The translations under genes and the position numbers were made by a program. A stretch of 64,000 nucleotides of DNA, from the NCBI GenBank assembly GCA_973895155.1, contig OZ316891.1, forward strand, positions 9,301,875-9,365,874, in the 5' to 3' direction. The notes under the pieces were generated by a model that worked only from the letters and a program-made list of their open reading frames with translations, was not told the DNA's origin and did no database searches. Below, piece by piece: positions 28,313 through 42,774 of the stretch. Source of the stretch: Marsupella aquatica. Lineage: Eukaryota > Plantae > Marchantiophyta. The first letter of the stretch is position 1. Every line of letters starts with the position of its first letter.

Positions 28313-28361
28313 TCTGGTCCGGTCTAGTCCGGTCTGGTCCGGTCTGGTCCGGTCTGGTCTG
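28313..28361. repeat. (CTGGTCCGGT)n short tandem repeat
   Basis: About 4.5 copies of a 10-mer read directly. Confidence 0.9.
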
Positions 28362-29132
28362 GGCTACCGTAGTCTGTCCAGTCAGTGTTTGTTGCTTGTT
28401 ACTCTTCCGATGAGAGCCCTGTTTTCCTTCTTCCCCCCATTTTGCCCCGAGTATTCGCACCACAGTACTACTGCAGTGGTGGTGTACTGGTCTAGTAGCC
28501 TGGTGGAGTGATCGAATCCGAGAGCTCACACAGGAGTAGTGGGGGCCGACTCGATGACTGACGAGACTGTCGAACAACAACTGGATTGGTGCTTGAGTTC
28601 GTGCGAGCGAGCTGAGCTGAGCTGCATCACAGCAGCGATCGAGCGAGCGGGCAGAGTGTCGAGCTTTCGATCGATCACATTGGATCGATCGCGCTCAGCA
28701 GAGCGAGTTCGAGTGAGCGAGTGACATTGCTCTCCTCTCCCGAAGCTCTTCTCTTCTGTTTACTTATGTCCTGTTGTCTCGTTTTCTTCGGGCCCCGCCG
28801 CATCACTGTTCTTCGCAACCTGGACTGCTGCAATTCGTTTCTGTTGCGCATCTAGACTGGAATTTGCGTTTGCAGCAGGAGGCGAGGCGCGATGATGTGA
28901 TCCCCGGCAAGAAGGCAAGAATCAGGCACAGAAGAGGCGCGGGAATGGTGGAATGAGTGGAGGAAGGGAAGCACGAATCGCGGGATGGAGGGAGGGAGGG
29001 AGGGGAGGGAGCAGGCGCAGGTAGAAGGAATGGAGCAGCGGAGGAGCAGAAGGAGGTCGTAGAAAGGGGGGCGCAGTCAAGATAGAGCACGGAAGGAGAG
29101 TGTCGAAGAACAGAGTGGGGTGAAGGTGGTGG

Positions 29133-29135
<3 letters not shown>

Positions 29136-29181
<46 letters not shown>
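29136..29181 (+). repeat. (GA)n microsatellite in the purine-rich region upstream of MAP70
   Basis: About 23 GA units; the flanking 28950-29540 region is strongly G/A biased. Confidence 0.95.
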
Positions 29182-29186
<5 letters not shown>

Positions 29187-30113
29187 AGAGACACAGAGAG
29201 AGGGGGAGAGAGAAAGGAGAGATCAGAGGAGAGATCAGAGGAGAGATCCAAGGAGGACGGACAGAAGGCACGCAGACAGGAAGGAAGGAAGGAGACGGAC
29301 GGGTAGTGACGAGAGAGAGAGGGAGAGACGACGATTGACTTCGCGGGGGCCGACAACTACGACTCGGGACGAGGATTGTGGACGGACCTCGAGTGAGGAG
29401 ATTGCTGCGCTCGATCCAGAGCAGAGCAGGGGAGGCGGGAGAAAGGAAGGAAAGGAAGGAAAGGATAGGGAAAGGAAAGGAAGAAAACAAGAGGGTGACA
29501 GGCGGACGGGACGAAAGTGCGATTGGGAAGGAAAGGAGATCTAGCGATCAGCAAGGGTGGCTTTGATGTCCGTCCTATGAGTGAATCGATTGCTGGTGGC
29601 ACTTTCATCGTAGTTTCTTGCACCCGTACTCTGTCCATTGTTGGCGAGGGTCGCCACATTTTTGGGTCCGCTGTGGACTCTCTTTCTTTTTCTCTCTCCC
29701 GCGCTGGAGGCACGGAGGGAGGATTAGGATTGTGATGAGAAGTGGGTAAGCTCAGGAAGGACTGGATTGGACTGGACCGAACTGCACTGGATTTGCGGGA
29801 GTTTTGTAGTGTTGGTGATACAGAAGTGAAAAGGATCTATGGGCCTGGACGGGGGAAAGAAGAGGGTAAACGGGATTGAGGCGGGAGATAGACGATAACA
29901 GCAGGTGTCTTGGTGTTGGTGGTGGGTGCTGATGGTATTGGAAAGCAGGTTGGGTGGTGGGATGGGCGTGGGTAGAATGTGTGCGGGAGAACATTTCGTA
30001 CAATATGCGCTGGATGCGTTCCTGAACAAGCGTTCTTGATGCCGCTGAGCAATTGGAATGTGCCGACAGGTGTGTGAGAAGTGTGATATAGGCGTTGAAT
30101 AGTGTCATCCAAA

Positions 30114-33100
30114 ATGGCGGAGTCCTTGACAGGGTGTTTAGAAGAAGATGACAGTTTATTGGACGGGCTGTACACCAACGGAAACAATGGGAAGCAGTCT
30201 TTGGACCTGGGAGGCGCTCTGTTGCCCCTCCAATCCTCGAACATGGCGCACATGACAAGGTCTGATTCGAGGTCCATGAGGCGGAAGAGTCTAATACGAC
30301 CGAGCTTGGAAACCGAGGATCTCTTGAACTTGCTCCATGGGTCTGATCCAGTCAAGGTGGAGCTCAACCGCCTGGAGAATGAAGTCAGGGGTAAGAAGTC
30401 ATTTCACCCGCAGCATCTTTGTGCAATGCCGGCCCAGAAAGTCAAATTATCAACTACCTCACGCCCATCGTCGTGGTATCACGGTAGCTACTGTAGTCTC
30501 TGGTACGAAGTGGTCCTCGGACTCGAGTTTCCGAACTCCTCAAGCGGAATTGAGCCTATTTTGGAGTCCGCATTTATCATCTCCTGCTTCGATCTGTCCC
30601 GCAGCTTGTAGGACTACATTTAAAGTCGATGTCGATGGATTACCAAGAGACAGCCGTCCTTCCCTCATCTGCTTTGAGTTTTCTTGGACAGATTCCTTCA
30701 TGCGATCTGGCGCCGAGCAGCAACGGCATTGCTTCTGGAGTCGTCACGGTCGCCTCCTAGGCCGTCGCCTGATTTGATCGGTGTTCGGATTGCTGGAGTG
30801 GTCGTGCCAGATAGTCTGATTGCTACAGTAGTTAAATATTTTCGAATCGCCTTGCGGGCACATGGTAGCCCATTGATAGTGAACTTTCTCGTCACGTCTC
30901 AGATTAGTTGAATAAGGAGTTTGAGTGGTCTTTCGTCAGCGTCCTCAAGGAATACGACCTTACGATGACAATGTTACGCCTCCCGAGGTCTTCTGGTCTT
31001 CTTGTCCCAGGGATTGGATACATAGACGGAGGTAATGCGCTCGTTCGGGGCAATGTTGTGTTCACGCAAGGGCGTTCCTGGACGATAGTGCTACCCTCTT
31101 TGCCAAGAGGCAGAAGTGTCACTTCGTTGAGAACCTGCAAATGAACTCATAAAGATTATCAAGAACAAATGGTCTTACATTTCACGACTTTGTCGTATGA
31201 CCAGATAAGGATCGCGAATTGACCGAAGCCCAAGCCGAGATAAAAGCCTTGAAGCTAACCGAACGGCTGAAGGAGAAGGCATTGGAAGAGGTACGCTCCG
31301 GTACTCGTGTCTGTGGTATTACATTTATATTGCAGTGGACTCTTACCAGGCACGGGTGTGGCGTTCTTTGTCAGGTCGGAGTAGTGGAGTCACCGTGTGT
31401 TCTTTCAGCTGGATGTTTCTGTAATGCACTTGATTCGGCTCACGCTAATTCTCTGGCTTCGTTCGAATGCGGCTGTTAACTGACATGAATCTGCGTTCCT
31501 TTGCAGCTGTCAGATGAGTTGGATAAAGTTGACGAGAAACTTAAGGCGACGGAAATCGTTCTCGAAAACAAGGTTTTACTCCTCTCTAACTAGCTGTAAT
31601 CTCCGTGGTCAAGGTAATCTGCCTTCCAACGTCGTTTTACTGACTTGAATTTCTTTGAAGTGCTGACTGAGTCGTCAACCCTTGTAGAATCTCGACATTA
31701 AAAGAATCAACGATGAAAAGAAAGCAGCATTGGCAGCGCAATATGCAGCGGAGGCAACATTACGTAGAGTGCACGCGGCTCAAAAAGATGATGACATGCC
31801 CCCGCTCGAAGCCATTCTTGCTCCTCTTGAAGCCGAAATCAAGCTCGCAAAGCAGGACGTGAGTTCCAAACTTTCGAAATGTTTTGTAGTCTCAGTGCTG
31901 CAGCAATCGACGTAATTTGCTCTGTGAGTCTTGCCGAAACGTCTCTTGGCTTGTATGCTCCCATCAGTGTCCTGCTGGTTCTTGCCGGATGTTTTTCCCT
32001 TGGCATGGCGTCGTTAATCTTGGATTCGACAATTTGGACAGCTTGCAAGGGCGCAAGAAAACAACCGGGCTCTGGATCGGTTGATCAAGACCAAAGAGGC
32101 TGCCCTACTAGAAGCAGAGAGGACGGTTCAAGTTGCGGAGGCAAAAGCTTCCATGGTTGATGATTTACAGAACCGCAATCGAGAACTCCTGAAGCGAATT
32201 GAGATTAGTCAGGTAAACTTCAGGTCCTCTTGATGCGACTAGTGCGATGAGTGTGGTGCTGGAAGATTTGCTCGTAAGTTTCGACATGTGCCCACTTAAG
32301 CCTGTCCTGTATCTCTTCAGGAAGAGAACAAAATATTGGATAAAATGCACCGGACAAAGGTTGCCGAGGTAGAGAAGCTGAGCACGACTATCAAAGAGTT
32401 GGAAGAATCTTTGCTTGCTGGAGGAGCGGCCGCAAATGCTATTAGGGACCATCAACGACAAGTGCATGAGCTGACAGTACGTGAATCGGAACCTAGAATT
32501 TACATAAGTTCCAGTCTAGAGTGACTATGGTCTTCTTACCAGAGCGAGGTCAATCTTTGGGTCGTTTTGTCTCGTTTCCTCACTATCGTGTTTTGTTTTC
32601 GGAGACGCGATATTTTACCAGGGGATTTCAGAGCTGATGCTTTCTGCTTGGGACTCCGATTGCAGGAAGAGAAGAAAACTCTAGAGCGTGAGCTAGCCAG
32701 GTCTAAGATCACTGCCAACAGGGTCGCAGTTGTCGTAGCGAACGAATGGAAGGATCAAAACGACAAGGTGATGCCAGTCAGGCAATGGCTGGAGGAGAGG
32801 CGTTTTATGCAGGTTGAAAATTCTTCTCACTTTTGAAGTCCTCTTTACAAAAACTACAGAGTGTGTTAATTTTGCAAGTGTTCCGGGAACATGAACTTTT
32901 GGCTCTCTTCTGAAAATATGGTTTGTCCGAAAATTGCAGGGGGAGATGCAGCAACTTCGTGACAAATTGGCTGCTACTGAGCGGACAGCAAGGAATGAGG
33001 CACAGTTGAAGGTTAGTTCTTTGTCGAAGACCCGTGGTCACGGAAATTGTCGCTACACTTGCGAATCTGACTTTTGTCATGAGCCCCTGAAAAGTCTTGT

Positions 33101-34487
33101 CCATATCCCCCTTTGAAGATGTTATCAAACTTAACGTCTAAAGACGATTTATCTTAGTGTCAAATGCAGCACGACATCGGCCGTTTGATCTGAAAGTCAC
33201 TGGCCGTTGAAGAACGAAATTTGCCAACTACATGTCACGAACATTTTTTTTTCCGCTACCTGTTTGGTATCAGATTCCCTTCGTTACCCGTGACTAACGG
33301 AGCCCATTCTTCCGCTGACATCCGCTCTATCCTTAAAAGGCTTTTTAGACTCTCACCTCTGGGAGTAGGATTGGGCTTCATGAAAAAACGACACTCATGA
33401 TGTGGACTTGTTGCAGGAGAAGCTACAACTAAGACTGAAAGTTCTGGAGGACGGCTTGAGGCCGTCTAACACTACACCAGCACGTCGTCCTGTCTCAGAA
33501 GCTCCTCGAAGTGGAAGCAATGGTCCAGTACGCCGGCAATCTATTGGGACAGGATCTGAGGAGGCAGCGAAACTGCTTGCCAATGGCTCGCGTCGTGCCA
33601 GAGTGTCATCAGCCACAGCAGCATCCCAGCTGAGAGCTTCATTTTCTGGCTCATCATTACTGAAAAATGGACGATTGACGTCAAAATCTATTGATATGGG
33701 TAGGTCCGTAGATGCCGGAGGGAGCACCACACGTAGCAAGGTCCACACTAATGGTTTTGATGGAAATTACACTGCGAGGAGAAGTTCGGCTCTCGGTACC
33801 AGGGAACCTGATGCTCGTGAAACTCCCAAGGAGAACGCCGATTCAAAGGTGGAGACATCCGACGTTGCGGATGAACCGGTTTCAAGTGTGCTCTACGAAA
33901 TGCTGCAGAAAGAAGTCATCTCGCTTAGGAAATCAAGCCACGAGAAGGACCAAAGTCTCAAGGACAAAGATGATGCAATCGAGGTTTGGCTTGCACCTTA
34001 TTCCCGGAAGTGCCAATCCTTATTTTGGTCCCGTTATATTTGCTCTTCAGATAGTAATTGGCAGCATATAATTCGGTATTACAGATGTTATCAAGGAAAG
34101 TGGACACGTTGACGAAGGCCATGGAGGTTGAAGCAAAGAAAATGCGGAGAGAAGTTTCTGCTATGGAGAAAGAGGTAGCTGCAATGCGAGTTGATAAGGA
34201 GCACGAACACAGGGCGAGGCGTGCAACCATGTCAAAAGAGCGCGTACATAACTCTTCTCAAGCAATTCCTTCGAGGTGAGTCCTGTGTGACCCTTTGGAC
34301 AACTCTTCCTGTTTGCCTATTGACATCTCAGTTTGAAGAACGGTAACATACCTTTAGGTTCTCTTTAGGTTCACACCGTCATTCACAGTGACCAAGATGG
34401 AGCCCTTGTTTGGAGCCGTATGTAGACTTGAATGCTCACTATTCCATTCCCTTGATGTGCAGCTTCGGCAGGAAGAAATTGGGCTAG
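30114..34487 (+). CDS. MAP70: Microtubule-associated protein 70 (plant-specific coiled coil)
   Basis: Exons 30114-30390, 31205-31290, 31507-31572, 31688-31858, 32042-32212, 32321-32476, 32666-32812, 32940-33011, 33417-33983, 34085-34275, 34463-34487 (TAG), all GT-AG. Signature motifs LLHGSDPVKVELNRLENEVRDKDREL, AAQYAAEATLRRVHAAQKDDDMPP, VANEWKDQNDKVMPVRQWLEERR, KVDTLTKAMEVEAKKMRREV. Last exon least certain. Confidence 0.95.
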
Positions 34488-37400
34488 TTGTAGAGTGTGA
34501 TTTTCCAGCGACTCCTGTCGTTAATCTAGAAAGGAATACCTAGTTCAAAACTTCATGGTCTATCCACAGTCACTCAAGGTCTAAGTTGGATTCTTGGCTT
34601 CGTCACGTCACGGTCTAGTCAGATGATTACCAAGGTTCTGTCGTTAATCACATACTGTAAAGTCCAGCCCTAGATGATGGAAGCTTGCTGCCGGTCAGCA
34701 ATTGTGGCAGGAAGGACGTTAGAAACATTAGCTCACAGTAAGGTCATCGTAAATAGATGAATGTTGGAGGATGCATGACCCAAAACAGTGCTTGTGTCAA
34801 ATATAGGTTTACGCTGGGCAATCAATGATCCAAACTGGTGTCTTATCCTTTTCACATCTCCCTCCTCTGATTACGTAGAATTTTGGATACCGGTGGACAT
34901 CATTTCACACTAGTCGTTGAATCAAAGCAGGGTTTTATGGCCAGACTGTCTCGTCCCTCATTAACTGAATGAAACCATTTTTTCTCCTATGCTACGAATG
35001 ACTCCTTAAGCAAAGCATCCTAGTATATGTTTCACATGCCAGTCTGATTGGTGAGGAGGCTGAATTCCTCATGCTAGAAAGAAGTGTAGCAGCGCAAACA
35101 TCTTTACTTTCTTTCATAGAAAAATGGCTTGTCGCGCGATTACTTGAGCCATAAATCTACATATTGGGTCCACTGTACGCGCAACGCACTCGGAGTGTCT
35201 TGTGAGAGGATGCAGTACTCTTATTATGGCATCAGATTTTCTTACGAGGGTATGCACAGCTCCGTCTAATGCAGCGTGGATTTGGAAATCCGATGGGCTT
35301 ACATCCAGTCTCTGTACAAGGGTGGTGAGATGAATAGCTGTTGATAGTTGAGTTGGATTTTGGTGAAGCAATCCCTGGGCGATATGTTTTCAAGTGAAGT
35401 ACAGCAGCCATGTCCGAACTCGTACAATCAAAAAGCAGCGTCCCTGCTTTTTCAGGAACCACTTTTGACACAAGTTACGTCTGAGGGAAAAGATCTTTGC
35501 CGTCTGACATAATTGCTTTTCATCCACGTGGGAGAACCACCCTTTCCGCAAGTATTTTTGTCTCCTGTCCGGAAATTGGTCCTTTTCCTAGATTGCCATG
35601 TGCCAGCAGTTGATTAGGGTAAGCAGTACGAACTTCTGAGCTTAAACCCCGCTGCCTTGTAAAGTGTGCTAATTATGAGGAGTGATTTTCTATTGTTGCG
35701 TGAAGACGGTTGAAAGCGCTCCTTCCAAGCTAGTCAGGCAATGTTCGAGTGGGCTACACCAGTATGGTTGTTCTTTCCCCAGATGAAATGAACTGTGTTA
35801 TGGTTTGCTGATGATGGCACTGGTGTGGATGACTTGGTTTGGTGCGTAAACGATTGTTCGCATTTGACTGTCGTTTACTTGTTTCATTTAAGAACACGGG
35901 GAAATCTGGATGACAGTGACTGGATTGGGAAGTGGACTTCTGTCAAGTGGAAAACTACGTTGTGCTAGGTTGTGAGCCGTGCACGTAGGTTCTCAGTATC
36001 GCTCAGTCATCAGCGGCTTATCATTTGGATGGGGAGAATTTACACCCACCGTGTTGAAACAGCACGATTGTGATGTAGTGGCACTACTCAATGTCACAAT
36101 ATTCTTACGAAAGTTCAAATGTCATGGATCTCTTTGTTTCTGCAGGTTGCACCCTGAAATCGGTAAATCTTCAATGACAAGGACGTACTCATAGTGCTTG
36201 CTGTTCAGATATTAAGGTGCTATGAGTATTAGTGATACATTGATTACAGTGTATGAGACTATTGATGTTCATTAGAGACAGATGTGCCACATTTGTTTAT
36301 ACATCTCTCCTGCTGAGCTGCAGTATGAAATGGTCCGGGATTTTATGTTGATTAGGCAAGTGCTAGGAAAATTGAGCTTGATGATTATTGATCATGGCTT
36401 TGTTATGCAGTGAGGGATTTTAGTTACGAGTAGTACAGAATTGGGGATATCAAGTATTTCTTTACACTTCTAGATATTGATTCCCTTTGTATTTATCAAA
36501 TTTGAAAGCCTAACAATACGAGCTATCCTTAAGGGAATGTCATTGTACTCGACAACTTCTGATAAGCTCATTTTCAGAGCCTTGAGATTATCGGAACATC
36601 TTGGGATCATCTTATATGGTTAGCCAAGTAGGGCATTTGCCAGCTGGCGCCGTTTACCTTTCAACCAGGATTTATTTTGAAGTACACGGCTTCCAAATTG
36701 TAGGTGATGGCTCCACCTTAGATTGAAGAAGAACGTCGTCCTCTGGAGAAGGATTGGTTTATCTGATGGACATCTCTGCTCGTGACGAGTTTCAAAGAAA
36801 TTGTTGATTTCATTATGAATTTGGAATGGAGTTTTTTCAAAGCGATGGTTGTTGGGTATCCGATCCATCTTGTGGTGTTGAGTCATTTCCCCAGGTCTCG
36901 AAGAGACTTCAACTTGTGACGTCCGTCAAGTCTAGCTCGAGCTCGTTTACTTCTGCTTTGATCGATCTACTACGCCTTCAAGTCTGGTTCACAACTCTTA
37001 CGCATCGTACAATTGTAGTCCTCTCTAGATTGGTGTCCCACTTAGTTGGTGCTCCCTTTCCCCACTATTCACGGTTACCTGCAAGACGGCATTTCTTCAG
37101 ATTCGATCAAGCGGGTCAAGTTACATCCCCTGCCCAACTGCGCTTGCAAAAATAAGGCTCACAGTGCTGGACTGATTGGACCAATTTGTAAATCCAGCTA
37201 TCCACTTTATATTCCTTTCGCTGTTTGTAGAAACACCCCCTGGCCGTGATGATTCGAGCCAACTTTGTCACTGATTATTGTGGCTTCATCTCCCCGTTCC
37301 ATGGACAAGGGGCGTGATTGTAGACGAGACATCGGCTCTGCTACGATTCCTCTTGGCGAAAGCTGAAATCCAGGAGGGTGCTCAAAGCCAAATCTTTTAC

Positions 37401-40059
37401 CGCATCAGTTTATATCACTCCCGTATGACACATCGTCGCAATACCCTTACGAATTGGACCACCGTCTGTAGCTTAGAAGAACTTGCATGTCTTTCACGGC
37501 AGTACTCCTCCAAATAGAAAATTATCTGCTGTCGGTCAGGACGCCACCAGGCTGCAGCGATGGAAGTATAGATCGCGTTCCCTGGACAGCAAATTGTGCC
37601 TGACAGTGGCGCAAAGCTCAATGTCTGCATTTGTGTCTGTCGTCCACGATGACCTCAGTCAAAAAGCTTCCAGGAATCCAGGCTGTTCGATTGCTCGAGA
37701 AAGTTTAGTGGTAAAGACTATGTTCGTGCCTTGATTGAAGTAAAGAAGGTACGCATCATGCATTTCGCCATTTCGCCGGGCTGACGGGACGCCAATGGAG
37801 TGAGCCATCCGACAGGACAGGTGCGCTTTGTACAGAAGTACCTAATGATTTCGTTGCAACTACCAGACGTACTTAATATTCTCCCAACTCTCAGGGTAAG
37901 GTTGATTTCGCATGAGTGTCCTTCAATGCGCCCTCTCACTCTCTCAGAATAGGATTGGGGGACGATTACTCAACCGAAGACATTGCATTAAAGCATTCAC
38001 TCGTCACTAGAAGGACTGGTACTTCACTACATTACGGGCTAGTCTGAATGACGTGCAGGGGTGTGAAAAGACCCCGTGAAAGAAGGCGTTCAACAAGGTA
38101 TGGAATGTCAATGGGAACAAATGACATTGCACGGAAAGCCATCCAAATTCCAAATTGGCTTTTCAGTTACTTCACTTGAAGAAAGACAGTACAGCGGGAG
38201 GAAGCGCGAATCGAGGCAAAACATAAGTATGATTACGACTGGGACTAGAACAATCTTCTCTTCACCTTTCAAGACGTACAGAACTGTTACTCTACACCTC
38301 ATTCTTAGCCAGGAAGCTGGGCAGGAAAACCCTCGTCACTAAATTGACGTTCTAACTCCTCTCCTCCGCAACCTCCGTTACATCAGCAAGTCCATTTTTC
38401 TCTCAAAGATTGAACTGTTGTTGTTACGCGAGTCTATGACATCAGCCTGTCACTAAGCACGAATTGAAGCTGCCCAATGTCCATAGAATGGTCTAGGGAA
38501 CCGTAGCCGAAAGACAGGTCATGTTCGCATGAGACTTTAGTTTTGGTAAACGTCACTTCCCACGTGATCTGTTGTATACATTTCTCTGGTACGACTGAGG
38601 GAGTATCACAACATAGTTACCTAGCTTCCTTGTCAGGTACACGGGTTGCACTTCTGTCTGTACTACACAAGCTCCCAGCTAGCTTGTTGTTGCGGTTGAT
38701 AGCTTCAGTTCTTTCAGTTTTCACTCGGATCTGGATCTTTTGTCATGCTTCACTTCAGTACCTTGCCGAATGGTAATTTTGTGATGGTACTTCAAAATCC
38801 CTCTGGGTTCCTTTCTTCCAGAGTCTGTCGCTCATAAGTAAGCATCCTTTTCTTCTCCCCGCAATTTTCACGCCCCCACCAAAGGTCGTGACCATGCCAC
38901 CAACTTAAGAGACATAAACAGAACAGCGACTGTAGACTCCTGACCAAGAGACACCCAGCTTCAACACAGCACTGACAACCAGCCTTACGTTATCGTCGTC
39001 AGAACCAAGCCAACTAAATATTGAGCGCTACAGACATGCTGCTGAAGAGGATGGTTTCATTTTAGCCTGACCTGGCCAAATACCGGTAAAACCTGCAGTA
39101 CTAGGTCCAAAAAGGCACGATCACATATGGCCCAACTAACTCTCTGATCTGCAGTTGAACCTCTCGCAGTAGAATGGCCTTCCCTGAAATCCCATTGCCT
39201 GCCCACTGCACTCGAATTCCCTCCCAAGAGAACGGATTTCAACTAAGTGCTCTTGTAGCTTAGCTAGTACATCACAATTCCTCCCTAAACCCTCAGCTCC
39301 TCCCTGGGAAAGATCTACAGTAGTGTGGTCCAACAGCCCTATGTATGGTGGGTCGCAGCCTTTTGTACTCGCCTGTGTTGGCTATAACTAGGCAATTATT
39401 CTCATCTCTCGTCCTACGCCATAGCTGTCATTTCTAGCTTGTGTCTGCACTCCCAGTCAGTCTGCAATTCTCTGTGCAATTCCAGTTGCTTCCAATTCAC
39501 TCTATGGGTGGTGACCTGCAATGTTCTGTGCAGGGGGGAGTGGGGTGGGTCGTGTCCATCCCACACTGACAGTCAAACTATGTACAGTAATAATGTTCAA
39601 TATATGGCAGTCCAGCCTCTTGTTGTCCAGGAACTAAATCCTTCTGCGTCTCTGGTGTATCTGCTGCAGCCGCCCTGTCCAGATTCTACGTGTATAGTAT
39701 ATACGCCTTTGGGGCAGATTTTGATGAGGCAGGAAAGGAATTGCTCCAATCCTACGTGGTCTGCTTGTCGTCCACTGTAGACTGGCATTAGTCAGCTTCT
39801 TCTCGTTCAACAAACCAATGAACCCCCACAGCTCAAGCCTTAAATCTGCATCTCTTCAATTCAACACCTCGTGGACGTCACAGAATAGAATTATATGTAA
39901 TGACGTAAAGTGCCTGAAACCGGATCAGTCCAGCATTTGGATTCGAGTTCAGGGTGAGTAACTGTTTGATATGAGATCAAGTAGTGGGCATTCAATACCT
40001 GGGTGAAACTGTTCAGGGTGAGTAACTGTTTCATATCTAACTAATAAAGTGTCATCAAA

Positions 40060-40282
40060 AGCTACTCCATGGGGCTAGGCTAGGACTACCCTCTAGAGTG
40101 CAGCCTCTACACCTTGCCTCAAAGGACCTAATTGTGTAGGATGAAGCCTCTAGACCTCTACTCCAAGGAGCTAATAGAAAGTGACTATTCTCTAGAGTGA
40201 AGCCTCTAACCTTGACTCGAGGACTTAATTGTGGAGGATGAAGCCTCTAGACCTTGACTCAAAGGAGCTAATAGAAAGTGAT
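40060..40282. repeat. Degenerate tandem repeat
   Basis: gactac/ttctctagagtg.agcctcta..ccttg.ctc..aggac.taattgtg.aggatgaagcctctagacc..ggagctaatagaaagtga repeated at ~100 bp period. Confidence 0.75.
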
Positions 40283-42103
40283 GGTGCAGACAGAAAACAG
40301 GGAGGGGGCAAAGATGAACTGAAAATACTAAGTAATTGTTTTTTTTTGCAAGCTCTGTTTTTGCCAGCAGCTCTATTTGTGTTCAAGTAACGGGTAATTA
40401 GGCTAGTGACATCAAGAAGTGGGCGTTCAATACCTAGGTAAACCTGTGTTCATGCCTCCTGGAGGTGCATTCCCCTTGGTCACCCAGAGTTTAGAACACT
40501 CCAAACTTAGCTCTTGATGAGTCGAGACCAGCTTCCTCCAGCAGGAGAGGAGGATCTAACTTACAAGTTGGTATTTTCTGGGTTAAGCAACTTCTCAGCA
40601 GATTTTAGGGTAGTCTCTGATCTGAATGGTCACCATGCGATGTCTATCATTCTCTTTTACTTCAAACTCTCATATATCATGGCCTACTTCTAGTCCAGCC
40701 ACTACACAGACTACTGGGGTGTCTAATGTCCTCTCCCATTTACTTAAAACTCTAATATATGATGGCCTAGTTCTAGTCTTGCCAAACAATATTAAGGGGT
40801 ATCAACATTGTCCCTTGCGCAAACAATGTTGTATTTTTGCTGTGCCCATGAAGTTGACCTGAGTGACCTTGGACAGAAACACCATGTGTCTTGTGACAAT
40901 TTGCCGCCAATGGACTCACCCTATGGTTTATTGACAGCAAAACCTGTGGGGAACCAGACAAGGAGGAGGCCAAAACAGGCGAAGCTTAAACCACAAGTTC
41001 CAGTATAACGTATACTGGATACCCAATGGTACTCATTTCACTTACAGCACAATCATGAATATAGACAAGCATATCTTATTTTTTAGAATACATTCGTATC
41101 AGGGTGATCTCATTACTTCACTTTAGGGGGCCATCTATGCCTCAAAACATAGATCTCACCCATCCATGTTCCACAGAAAACCACATCATTCTAAAAATAA
41201 TTCATAATTTTCAAGAAATCACAAAAAATAGGGTTTAGGGAACTAAGTTCCACTGGTGGGAAGCGACTGCAAGAGTATGCAGGGTCTGTCAACTGTTCAC
41301 ATTAACAAATGATTGGGAGGTTAACTGCGCCCCTCCTTTTAAAGTGGCAGCTCTGGGTTAAGGGGTTCCTCTTGTGGCACCTGTTCAAGTTGAGAGGGTG
41401 CGTCTTACACAGCTGGATTGGGTACTTGATGAGAGAGAATTGGCCAAATTTGACACCCGCTCTTTCATTAGGTAAAGCCCTTATTTGAGGGTGTTCTCCA
41501 AAATAAATGCCTGAGCTTTTGAGCATGAGGGTCCTTTATTTATGAGAATCCAGGTTTGCTAAAGAATCTCAATCTAGTTAAATTGGCCTAACCTATTTAA
41601 TTCAGGATAACCTTGATTAATTAAATGCATAACTATTGTTAAAGGTTTTTTTGGCTCCCCTGAAAATAAATTACTATTAAGGATAAGCCCCTTCCCAAAA
41701 GTATTTTTCCTTGGATCCTTGGAACAATTTATTTGATTGGAATGGTAAGAGTTGAAGTGTATGAATTTCAGGCAAGGAAGATTTTGGGATTTCATCCAAG
41801 TTCAAAGGTTTGAATGGAGATCCCATCAACGCGTATGACTCAGAATTATGCACTTTGGTAGTGGCAACACCCCAGTTTGCAAAAGAAGTCCATCAAAATA
41901 GAGAATTGGGAACATGGGAAGAGTCTATGTTGCACACAAAATTGCTGAGATTTTGGTTGAGCTTCAATGCATCCAATAGTATCCAATTTCTCCGTTGGTT
42001 GGTTGATCTTGCTTTTGTCTTACTAGCCCAAATACCAGTGCATATCCAATGGAAGGGGTCCCTCTACGCAGACTCCGTACGACTGTCCCAGTTCACAAGC
42101 ATA

Positions 42104-42270
42104 ATCTAAGTATCAAAATTTTCTGTTACCGGAAAAATTACAGCATATGGGTTCACTATATGGTATCAAAATTTCTGTTACAGACTGGAGAAGTTACACC
42201 CTATGGCTTCACTCTAGGGTATTGAAAATTTCTGTTACTGGAGAAATTACAGCATATGGTTTCACTCTAA
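42104..42270. repeat. Minisatellite, ~56 bp unit, 3 copies
   Basis: gtatcaaaatttctgttac.gga.aaattacagcatatgg.ttcacta repeated. Confidence 0.85.
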
Positions 42271-42774
42271 GGAGTAAGTCATGAACTGTAGACTTTGGTA
42301 ACTAATTATTGTACATATGTGACCCTAGCCTCAAATAATGTAATAACTTGAGATGGGATCTCAACATATGTATCAACTTGGGTGGTGATCTAACATGCTG
42401 ATAATGTTTATGTGACTGTAAAACTCACAGTGTGTGTTGTCCAAGTCATCCAAGGATCCCACCCAAGCTTTGCAATCATATCTAAAGCTAAAAAGGTTGA
42501 CTGGTTTACTGTAGATTGAGATCTCATAGGAGAGCAGAATGAAAATCCATTTGGAAAACAGGCAACGATTCGAAAAGGATACAAAACTTACATTCTTTCG
42601 AGAGGAATGCGGCCATAGGACTGATCGGCTCGCAAATTGGTTGGCAGGTGGCCGCAGTTTCATACCCAGCTGAGCTCCAGATTTTCATCAGCTGAGCACT
42701 GCCGCTACATCGAAGTTACGGTCCCGGGAACAGAGTGGTGCTTGCTGAACAAGAGTAAGTTCCTTCCATGTCCA

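Noticed and set aside
28725-28765. Resemblance to a miR156/529 site or precursor (gctcttctcttctg)
   Set aside because: Only a partial match in low-complexity CT-rich DNA, and no convincing fold-back partner.
28774-29735. Multiple overlapping ORFs (ER-rich and SL-rich)
   Set aside because: Artefacts of the GA microsatellite and purine bias.
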